From a virus (Duplodnaviria > Caudoviricetes): DNA of 59,958 nt. How positions within the stretch are numbered: position 1 is the stretch's first letter; every line of letters starts with the position of its first letter. Both the position numbers and the translations under genes were made by a program. Shown one piece after another: positions 1-6,988 of the stretch. Where the stretch lies: positions 1-59,958 of IMG/VR virus record IMGVR_UViG_3300005584_000003; one strand, given 5' to 3'. Under the pieces are notes generated by a model that did not search any database, was not told the DNA's origin, and saw nothing but the letters and a program-made list of their open reading frames with translations.

Positions 1-158
1 GATCATGCCTTAACTTGAATTAGGACTAAAACCGTAAGAGATAATGGACATTCCTGACCACACTGGACTCATAAAATGACTTACAATTTACTTACGGTAC
101 TGAGTAAATTTACTCCTTATAAGGGATAAAAGTAAAAACCCCGCTAAAGGTAGTAATC

Positions 159-230
159 ATGTGTAAAGAAAATGTCATATTTGATCTATAACGCACACAA
201 TGTGTAAACAAAATGTCATATTTGATCTAT
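159..230 (+). repeat. 31-bp direct repeat, 2 copies (159-189, 200-230), one mismatch
   Basis: ATGTGTAAA(G/C)AAAATGTCATATTTGATCTAT occurs twice with a 10-bp spacer. Confidence 0.9.
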
Positions 231-231
231 T

Positions 232-702
232 ATGAATCAATTAGATTGTAATACACCTAATGGCAGAGCGTACATACAACATTCTATTTACGCCATTAAT
301 AAACTAGCCTCGCTCTATTGCGCACGCGCCGCCCACACATTAGACACAGGAATCGCCGATATAGATGCCATCCTAACACGTGATAACCTCGTTGTAGGCC
401 TAGTAGAGGCCAAGAGCCGCAATATGACCAAGCAACAGCTAAACGCCTTTGGATCATACTTAATAACGCACGATAAGCTATTACGCGGTATAGCCCTATC
501 AGTAGCCTTACAGGCACGCTTTGACGTTGTAGTTAATTTAATCCCGGACCACATAATAGCCGTTTGGAACATAACCACGCCCCGTGGAGAACTTATGTTG
601 GATCTTAACCCTAAAGAAACAATAACTCAAGCCACTTGCAATGGAGGATCCGCCCAACGGATTAACGCCTACCTTGCGGTAAACAAAGCCATCTTCATAT
701 AA
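232..702 (+). CDS. PD-(D/E)XK nuclease-fold protein
   Basis: 156 aa; DIDAIL...LVEAKSR matches the D...ExK motif. Confidence 0.55.
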   Translation: MNQLDCNTPNGRAYIQHSIYAINKLASLYCARAAHTLDTGIADIDAILTRDNLVVGLVEAKSRNMTKQQLNAFGSYLITHDKLLRGIALSVALQARFDVVVNLIPDHIIAVWNITTPRGELMLDLNPKETITQATCNGGSAQRINAYLAVNKAIFI

Positions 703-711
703 CCGCCCACC

Positions 712-921
712 ATGCCCGACCCATATAATCATACCCCCTTCGACACCATCGTCGCCCTACAAGCCTCCATAGATAAGCATAAAGCCCTTATAGCCCACAT
801 ATCCAGTCAAACAGACACCCTACGCAAACTAGCCTTCCAACGTACCCCACCATCCACTACCAACAACGCGTACGCCATTACGTACCACTTCTCACCAACC
901 ACACCATCCTACCCACTATGA
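712..921 (+). CDS. hypothetical protein
   Basis: 69-aa ORF, ATGA-coupled to the next gene. Confidence 0.5.
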   Translation: MPDPYNHTPFDTIVALQASIDKHKALIAHISSQTDTLRKLAFQRTPPSTTNNAYAITYHFSPTTPSYPL

Positions 922-1178
922 GCATTCCCTCTCAGAACGATTTTGTACCCCTCCCATCTGCTCCTATGAAGGTTAATAAAGTACGCACAGAGAGGGACAG
1001 TTTAGTGCTAGCAGCGATGATCAGGTACGGTGGAAGCTTCGCAAGTGCCATAGCAGTAGCGGCGATGTGTGCTGATAGTGGTAATCTGCTTAGGTTGAAG
1101 GTGGCGTTTAAGGATTTGTGGGAGCAATACGATGAGATGGCGAAGATGTCTAGTAAACTGGAGGTCAAAGACTTATGA
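918..1178 (+). CDS. hypothetical phage protein
   Basis: 86 aa; YGGSFASAIA..A..AD..NL.RL..AF motif, recalled from small phage proteins. Confidence 0.65.
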   Translation: MSIPSQNDFVPLPSAPMKVNKVRTERDSLVLAAMIRYGGSFASAIAVAAMCADSGNLLRLKVAFKDLWEQYDEMAKMSSKLEVKDL

Positions 1179-1381
1179 AGATAATCCTAATCAAGATGTG
1201 GCATGATCTACTCCGGGTGCTTGGTATCGGTAAGAGGTGGAAGTAGGGCCGGGAATGGGCTAGGATAGGGTCCGGGGTGGACGATAAGCGGATATGGCGT
1301 AAACCCAATTATATAGTCAATCGTGTAAGATGCGCGTATAGCGATACTTGCAGATGTTGACCCGGGTTCTGTACGGTGGGA

Positions 1382-1411
1382 AAGGTACACCTGAATTGAA
1401 TCGTCTATCAA
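1382..1411 (-). promoter_or_regulatory. putative sigma70-type promoter, leftward
   Basis: TTGATA-N18-TACCTT at the left edge of repeat module 1. Confidence 0.35.
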
Positions 1412-1464
1412 CGACTTACGCAAGTTTGATAGGCAATTCCCACCTATTGTGGTGGAATAGCTGG

Positions 1465-1725
1465 GAATCCCAATCCCAATCCGGGTGAATCCCAATCCCC
1501 AATTCCAATCCAATTGGCCCAATCTCAATCCCGGGCGCCAATCTCAATCCCAATCGAATCCAATCCCAATCCAATCCCAATGCTCAATCCCTATCCCTAT
1601 CCCAATCGTTTGATCAATTACTTGAGGTCATGTAGTTGATCGTTGGTCAATCGGTTGTTCATTGTTGGTTCATTGGTCTGTTAGTCGGTCTGTCCGGGGT
1701 TGTTTGATTGTTTGGGAAACATTGG
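1465..1725. repeat. bipartite repeat module 1: (C)CCAAT/CAATC array followed by a GGTT/GTT-rich block
   Basis: about 20 degenerate CCAATC units at 1465-1607, then a G/T-rich block at 1608-1725. Confidence 0.9.
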
Positions 1726-1734
1726 GAAATAAGC

Positions 1735-1775
1735 AAAAAAAACCCCACTCAAGCCGTTGTCAGACCTGAGTGGGG
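1735..1775 (-). terminator. intrinsic terminator
   Basis: CCCCACTCA/TGAGTGGGG stem followed by T8 on the minus strand. Confidence 0.8.
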
Positions 1776-1816
1776 AAAAACCTCTGTCAGTCCAGACAGA
1801 GGAGATAACGCAACAG
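1735..1816 (-). ncRNA. candidate ~80-nt small RNA
   Basis: lies between TTGCAA-N17-CAACCT (1850-1822) and the terminator; internal hairpin CCTCTGTC/GACAGAGG; no ORF. Confidence 0.4.
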
Positions 1817-1869
1817 ACGCAAGGTTGCGAACGGTTGCGAACGGTTGCAAGCGTAATCTTGCATCATTG

Positions 1870-1902
1870 CATAAAAAAGCCCGTAGCGGTTAGGCCACGG
1901 GC
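1870..1902 (-). terminator. intrinsic terminator
   Basis: GCCCGT/ACGGGC stem + TTTTTTATG, just after the stop of 1920..2189. Confidence 0.8.
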
Positions 1903-1919
1903 TCGCGCGAGGGGCTCGC

Positions 1920-2189
1920 CTACTTGTTGAGCTTGTCTATTACCTTGGTAATCTTCTCGCAGAGGGTTGTGTCGGCCTTGTTATAGGAGCCGTCGCCAAG
2001 ATACCCGCCAGACCATTTCGGTGATCCGTCGTACTTATGAACGGTTCCGTCAGCCCATATTTCTTCGTCAATTTCTTGGGTGCATATCGTGCCGTCGGGG
2101 AAAAGCGCCTCCTCCTTGTCGTAGTCGTGCGACCATTGCTTGGTTGCTGAGTCATAGGAGAGGATGAAGTAATGTGTACTAGAGGGCAT
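1920..2189 (-). CDS. hypothetical protein
   Basis: 89-aa ORF in an operon with the GP88-like gene. Confidence 0.7.
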   Translation of the reverse strand: MPSSTHYFILSYDSATKQWSHDYDKEEALFPDGTICTQEIDEEIWADGTVHKYDGSPKWSGGYLGDGSYNKADTTLCEKITKVIDKLNK

Positions 2190-2193
2190 GGGA

Positions 2194-2919
2194 TTAGTTG
2201 GTTAAGATGAATGATGAAGACGTGTTGCGGGCTTTCCCCTTAGCGCGTAGGCCCACGACGCAACCTTTAGGGTCAAGGAAGCGCAGGTCGTGCTCGTCGC
2301 CGTTAATAACGGGAAGCTCGACGTTAAGAGCGGTCGTGAAGAGCGGAAGCTCCTGCTTCTTGGCGATAGCGAAGACAGCTGCGATATTTACACCATTAGC
2401 CGCCAGCTTAATAGCTTGGGCTTTGTTCTTCTCGCTGAGGGAGAATGTAAGAGTGTAGTTAGAGGGAAGCTTACCCGTTGCGGACGCGTAGGCGCGCGTA
2501 GGGTTCTTCGTGTAGTCATAGAAGGGAACGGAAGGGAAACGGTTCATTAAGTTGATCTTCTTCTCCCCGCCAAATGATTCCCAAGAGATGTCCGATGTCC
2601 CGTTAAGACGGACGGCAGGCTTTAAACCAAGCCGCTTGGCTTTACGTTGTAGGGCCTCGATATCGCAGGCCAGTACTTCGACGAAGTTAACCGGATCGCT
2701 GGCAAAAATCTGCGTCTTACGTTTGCGTGCGTCTTGCACGTTTTTGAAGATACCCATGCCAGCCGTGTAGAGGCAGAGGCGGGCGCATTCGGGAGAAGCG
2801 AACTTGCAGACGTTCATCACTCCCGACTGTGTATGTGGCGCAAGATAGAGAATGCCGGTTAGGTAACCTAGCTCTTCCCCCTTGGTGGTCTTAGCGTTTT
2901 CAATCGTTAACAGTTGCAT
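2194..2919 (-). CDS. GP88-family protein (Cys-cluster, radical-SAM-like)
   Basis: ILYLAP..SG..VC..AS..C...CL...G.G, RLNGTSDI, FYDYTK and GD.HDLRFLD motifs; start moved to ATG 2919 because the upstream extension is repeat DNA. Confidence 0.8.
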   Translation of the reverse strand: MQLLTIENAKTTKGEELGYLTGILYLAPHTQSGVMNVCKFASPECARLCLYTAGMGIFKNVQDARKRKTQIFASDPVNFVEVLACDIEALQRKAKRLGLKPAVRLNGTSDISWESFGGEKKINLMNRFPSVPFYDYTKNPTRAYASATGKLPSNYTLTFSLSEKNKAQAIKLAANGVNIAAVFAIAKKQELPLFTTALNVELPVINGDEHDLRFLDPKGCVVGLRAKGKARNTSSSFILTN

Positions 2920-2962
2920 TTTTTTATGGCTCGCTTCGCGGAATTGCTGGCGAGTTGCGCTT

Positions 2963-2994
2963 ATAATCGAATGCAGGGCACTATCGTCAAGCAC
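2963..2994 (-). promoter_or_regulatory. early promoter
   Basis: GTGC-TTGACG -35 with an AT-rich UP element at 2995-3020; -10 is GATTAT or TATAAG. Confidence 0.6.
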
Positions 2995-3021
2995 ATAATT
3001 AATTATTAATTGAATTCTTAA

Positions 3022-3230
3022 CTCAATCCGCCAATCCCAATCCCCAATCCCAATCCGCACGAATTCAATCCCAATGCCCAATCGCCAATCCCAATCCTCA
3101 ATCGCAATCCGTTAAATCAATCGCAATCGCTATCCTATGCGCTATCCTATCCGGTTGGTCAATCGCTTGGCGTTTCTTGTTTGTTTGTGGTTGACGGCTT
3201 TGTTTGGGTCGTTAGTCCGTTTGTATTACT
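3022..3230. repeat. bipartite repeat module 2
   Basis: CCAATC/CAATCG array at 3022-3151, then a GTT/TTG-rich block at 3152-3230. Confidence 0.9.
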
Positions 3231-3545
3231 AACCGCACGGGATAACCTGATCGCGACGTATTCCATCACTTTCGACCTGTGCAAGGCGGGACGGGTGGGC
3301 ATCGGTTACCCGGAGCGTCGAACGCCTTAACTCCAACCGGGTTTAATTATTAGGCGCAAGCCTGAGCCGACCACCGTTGACCGTGTAACCTTTGGACAAG
3401 CCGAGCGGGGTGGTCGATATCGCAACCCCAGCTTCCCAGTACGTTGTCCGTCACGCGAACAGCTCCCCGCTCTGCGGGTGAGCTATCGACCCGCTGATAC
3501 CCGAACCGTTATCCGTTACCCGAACACCGGAAGACGGAGCAGAAC
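3231..3545 (+). ncRNA. candidate structured non-coding RNA
   Basis: no ORF; several stems with G-U pairs and a GCAA tetraloop on the + strand. Confidence 0.5.
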
Positions 3546-3575
3546 ATAAAAAAGGCCCACCGTTTCCGGTGAGCC
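3545..3575 (-). terminator. intrinsic terminator
   Basis: GGCTCACCG-GAAA-CGGTGGGCC-TTTTTTATG. Confidence 0.9.
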
Positions 3576-3597
3576 AGTGTTGAGGTTATTATTTTAG

Positions 3598-4551
3598 TTA
3601 GGCCGTTAACAGTTCGAAGGCTTTGGACTTCATCGCGTCACCTGACCCGAGAAGGGAAGATTCAAACCGGACTTCAGTTTTATCCCGACCAGCAGCCACG
3701 CGAACCGTGCGCGAGTGGTCCACATATTCCGTCACGGCGTTAAACGCGTCCCAACGGGTGGCGCCTTTGTTACCCGTGCCACCACGGAACAGGTCAACGA
3801 TATCGTTATACTGGTTGCGGGCCCGTGTAGACGTTTGCAGGGCTTGCGTATCAAAGCCCGTCAGCTTGCCCACGAAGGCGGAAACCTCAGCGGTCGACAT
3901 CTCGATGGTGGCCATGCGCTGAACCTTGGCGCGCTCGATCTCCTCAGCTTTATTCACGCCCATCAGGAGGTTAACGGCTGCGGTAATGCCATCGCTGACG
4001 TTGACCGTGTGACGAACGCCAAACACTCTGTCCCGACTGTTACCGATGGCCGTCTTCCATGTGTTGGCGCAGACAACGCGCGTGTTGGTCCGGTGCAACT
4101 CAAAGCACCCCGACCCATCGTGGCGATTGATCCACAGATCATATGATTTAATTAAGTCACCACCGACCGCCCACCTTGTCCCGTTCGCAAGGACCCAGAT
4201 ACGCCGACCATTGTTCAACGTGCCCGCCGTCTCGATGCAGGCCTGCCCGTTGTAAACACCGTCCAACGTCTTGAACGTGTTCTCATCGCTCACCAGACCG
4301 TAGTCTTCACCCACGATGCTCAGAGGAGTGCGCGCACCGTTAACATAATTGCCGACGATTGTTTTATACCCGTCGATGCGCAGACCGTCTTCGGTGAATA
4401 CGGGAAGCTGCTCCATGGTGCGAGCACCAACGCCCTCAGCGAAGCAACGCAACGGTGAGAGAAGGCCTGCAAACACTTTGCCCAGCCCGTGCCAAGCGAC
4501 CGTGTTGCTGCCGAGAACTACCTGATCATTCGATTCAATTTCATGTGCCAT
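3598..4551 (-). CDS. DUF932-family phage/plasmid protein
   Basis: MAHEI..., AWHGLG, ETAG.L..GRRIW, N.HDGS, RVVCANT, RHT, W.AFNAVTEY.DH. Confidence 0.9.
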   Translation of the reverse strand: MAHEIESNDQVVLGSNTVAWHGLGKVFAGLLSPLRCFAEGVGARTMEQLPVFTEDGLRIDGYKTIVGNYVNGARTPLSIVGEDYGLVSDENTFKTLDGVYNGQACIETAGTLNNGRRIWVLANGTRWAVGGDLIKSYDLWINRHDGSGCFELHRTNTRVVCANTWKTAIGNSRDRVFGVRHTVNVSDGITAAVNLLMGVNKAEEIERAKVQRMATIEMSTAEVSAFVGKLTGFDTQALQTSTRARNQYNDIVDLFRGGTGNKGATRWDAFNAVTEYVDHSRTVRVAAGRDKTEVRFESSLLGSGDAMKSKAFELLTA

Positions 4552-4602
4552 CTGATTTATTTTTTGTTGAGTTATCGGAATCAAATTAACTCCGATTCAT
4601 TT

Positions 4603-4634
4603 AATCTAATCCAATCCGCTTATACGTCAAGCGC
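4603..4634 (-). promoter_or_regulatory. early promoter
   Basis: GCGC-TTGACG-N16-TAGATT. Confidence 0.65.
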
Positions 4635-4656
4635 ATTATTCCAATTGATTTGAGTG

Positions 4657-4905
4657 AATCCCAATCGCGCCAATCCCAATCAATCCCCGCCAATCCCAAT
4701 CAATTTCAATTCAATCCCAATCCACGCCAATCAATCGCAATCCCTATCAATCCCCATCACCATTCAATCGATGGCCAATCCGTTCGGTTATCGTTAGGTT
4801 ATTGTCAGGTTATTGTCAGGTTACGCTCCGGTTATGTGTAGGTTATGTGTAGGTTAGGCTTAGGTTATGCTTAGGTTATCGTTAGGTTATGCTCCGGTTA
4901 TGCAG
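4657..4905. repeat. bipartite repeat module 3
   Basis: CCAATC array at 4657-4781, then a ~10-bp periodic GGTTA array at 4782-4905. Confidence 0.9.
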
Positions 4906-4910
4906 GCGGA

Positions 4911-4946
4911 CATAAAAAAGCCCCACCCGCGCGAGCGGGCAGGGCC
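4911..4946 (-). terminator. intrinsic terminator
   Basis: GC-rich stem (CCCGC/GCGGG core) + TTTTTTATG. Confidence 0.85.
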
Positions 4947-4961
4947 TCGGGACCGTCTGGC

Positions 4962-5249
4962 CTAGGGCAGGGGAAGTGACGGGTAACCCATAAGCTGAGA
5001 GAGCTTGCCTATGTATTGGCTAGGGATGTACCAAGCCTCGGGCGCTGCGCTGCCCCCGTAGTTGATCCCGTTATATGAGTCAATGAAGGCTCCGGGATCA
5101 CCGAGGACAATCGTCAACCGGACTTGAGCCGATTTCTTGGCGCCCTCCTTGTGGAGCTTTATGGCGGCTTCCTTTATAGAATCCGCCTTAGCCCAGTTTC
5201 CATAAAATCCTCCCGTAGCTAGTATGAACGTAACCGATTGGTTTTTCAT
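4962..5249 (-). CDS. hypothetical protein
   Basis: 95-aa ORF in the early operon. Confidence 0.7.
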   Translation of the reverse strand: MKNQSVTFILATGGFYGNWAKADSIKEAAIKLHKEGAKKSAQVRLTIVLGDPGAFIDSYNGINYGGSAAPEAWYIPSQYIGKLSQLMGYPSLPLP

Positions 5250-5341
5250 TAGTCGCGGGAGTTAAGGGAACAGACGCCCACCACCGTAGCGGCGAACAGG
5301 GCGAGCAAGACGATGCAGAGTAAGACGGCGTCAAAGCTCAT
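5249..5341 (-). CDS. small membrane peptide (30 aa)
   Basis: MSFDAVLLCIVLLALFAATVVGVCSLNSRD, translated by hand; start and stop overlap both neighbours. Confidence 0.55.
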   Translation of the reverse strand: MSFDAVLLCIVLLALFAATVVGVCSLNSRD

Positions 5342-5538
5342 TTGGCTCCCTCCTTGAATTGGTTCGGATTGTTTTTGTGTACCAATAGAGCGGCGGTGCG
5401 ATCAACCATGGCAGCAAGGCGGAACAGTTCCGCTTCCGCAGCTTTGCGGGCGGGAACGTTCTTGTGCTGCTTAAGAGCGTTGATATATATCGGGAGGACG
5501 GCTGTCCACGTGGGCGGGTTGTTTAGTTCGTTATCCAT
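5338..5538 (-). CDS. hypothetical protein
   Basis: 66 aa; PTW..VLP....L.......A..EL.RLA..VD pattern, recalled from small phage proteins. Confidence 0.7.
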   Translation of the reverse strand: MDNELNNPPTWTAVLPIYINALKQHKNVPARKAAEAELFRLAAMVDRTAALLVHKNNPNQFKEGAK

Positions 5539-5611
5539 ATTATGAGGCGACTAGGTTGCGGGATTGCATCCGGAGTTGCATGGAGCCCCCTGTCACGGGG
5601 CTCGAGCAACC

Positions 5612-5971
5612 TCAGATGAGGCCACCCATTAACTGCTTTGCCACTGCTTTGACTGCGATCTCTTCGATCCACCCCTTGCAGGTGTTGCTCCGGATCTCGG
5701 CAACCACACTTCCGGTAATTGTCGTCCGGTTATCTTTGTAGGCGGCGTCCTTGATCGCGTCAGCAACTAAGCTTTCAATGTCCAGACCGCGCACGTGATC
5801 GTCAATGGCGTCAGCGACTAAGGTTTCAACGTCTACGCTGCGCACGGCAACGTCTACGGCGTTATCGACTAGGTCCTTGATATCCATCTGCGCAAACCTC
5901 CATTCAATGCGCTCTTGGATGTATGTGCTCAGGGCCTCTGCTAGCGGTTCAATATCTCTAGGGTTGTTCAT
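5612..5971 (-). CDS. hypothetical protein with acidic internal repeats
   Basis: D(I/V)..LV..A(V/I) repeated three times. Confidence 0.7.
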   Translation of the reverse strand: MNNPRDIEPLAEALSTYIQERIEWRFAQMDIKDLVDNAVDVAVRSVDVETLVADAIDDHVRGLDIESLVADAIKDAAYKDNRTTITGSVVAEIRSNTCKGWIEEIAVKAVAKQLMGGLI

Positions 5972-6057
5972 TTTTTTAGTGCTGCGTTGCGGCGGGATTG
6001 CCTTGGCGCTGCTTGGAGCCGCCCCACTTAAGGGGCAGCTCGGGGCAGAGTCAGAGG

Positions 6058-6351
6058 TTATTCGTTGTGCCAGTCGTAAGCTTCGCGGGGCTCGAACCGT
6101 TTAACCCACGCCCAAGCTAACTGGTGAGCGTGCTCGATATAAGCAGGATAGTTAACGCCCTCGTTGCGGCGTTCCTCTAGCTCGGTGTTGTCGATCCACT
6201 CGCCACCGATACACACTCTGAAGTAACCTATGTAGCCAGAGCGCTCGTGTTCGTTGCGGACATCATCGACCTCCATCAGCCGGAGGTTAACTTCACGCGC
6301 TTCTGCTAGATCAGCAGCGCTCACGTGTTGGATTTGCGTCATGATTTTCAT
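6058..6351 (-). CDS. hypothetical protein, first early gene
   Basis: 97 aa; A-rich leader downstream of a promoter. Confidence 0.7.
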   Translation of the reverse strand: MKIMTQIQHVSAADLAEAREVNLRLMEVDDVRNEHERSGYIGYFRVCIGGEWIDNTELEERRNEGVNYPAYIEHAHQLAWAWVKRFEPREAYDWHNE

Positions 6352-6394
6352 TCTATTTTTTGGGGTTTGTCAGAGGGGAAATCCGTCTGATGTG

Positions 6395-6430
6395 AATATA
6401 CTCTGAAATTATTATGAAACGATCAAGCAC
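6395..6430 (-). promoter_or_regulatory. early promoter
   Basis: GTGC-TTGATC, same context as the promoters at 2994 and 4634. Confidence 0.5.
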
Positions 6431-6458
6431 TAAATGAGGGCATGCATCAAATAGTTTC

Positions 6459-6740
6459 GCCCCCTGTTTACCCCTGATCCGGATCGATTCCCCTGCTACC
6501 TGAATCAATCCAATCGGCTGGCGCAGCGCAGCCAGCGTGCGCGCCTATAGCGCGCCCCTGCGCGCGCAGCTAGGCACCTGCCACCCCCTGCCCATAGGCT
6601 ACCCCCCGCCCTGACCTGACCCATCGGTCGGCTTCCTACTCGCACCAGTAACCCAGCTACACCCAATCATTATGTGCATGACAGTGCAAGAAGCATGACC
6701 CACCCCCTGCCCCCCCATGCATGCTACTGTCTGCCCCTAC
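6459..6740. repeat. C-rich non-coding region with dispersed CCCCTG repeats and GC palindromes
   Basis: at least six CCCCTG plus CCTG variants; GCTGGC...GCCAGC and GCGC-CTATA-GCGC inverted repeats. Confidence 0.7.
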
Positions 6741-6988
6741 TATACATTATGAGCACTACGCTGTGGTAAAGGGAAGCTGTTGGTGGGTGTATCGAGCTTA
6801 TCGGCTCTTTGAAAGAATTCCTTGGCGTAGGCCTGAAATATCATTCGGGCCGTTGTAGATGTAAGGAAGAGGGAACCGTTCCACAGGGCATAGGCAATAC
6901 GGCGGTAGTCATCGGCGTCTGGGCTCATGATTCTCGGAATGGGTTTTCTTCGGTTGGGGCGTTGGTTGGGGCAATAATGATCATGCAC
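6740..6988 (-). CDS. hypothetical protein
   Basis: ORF overlapping the GroEL 3' end; likely start is the ATG near 6928. Confidence 0.4.
   Translation of the reverse strand: MHDHYCPNQRPNRRKPIPRIMSPDADDYRRIAYALWNGSLFLTSTTARMIFQAYAKEFFQRADKLDTPTNSFPLPQRSAHNV

Noticed and set aside
1208-1528. 106-aa minus-strand ORF, and the N-terminal extension of 2194..3081
   Set aside because: Translations of repeat DNA (GIGI/WDW); they run across predicted promoters
1465-4905. CCCAAT/GGTTA arrays as telomeric repeats or a CRISPR array
   Set aside because: They are internal, degenerate, lack repeat-spacer periodicity, and no cas or telomerase genes are present
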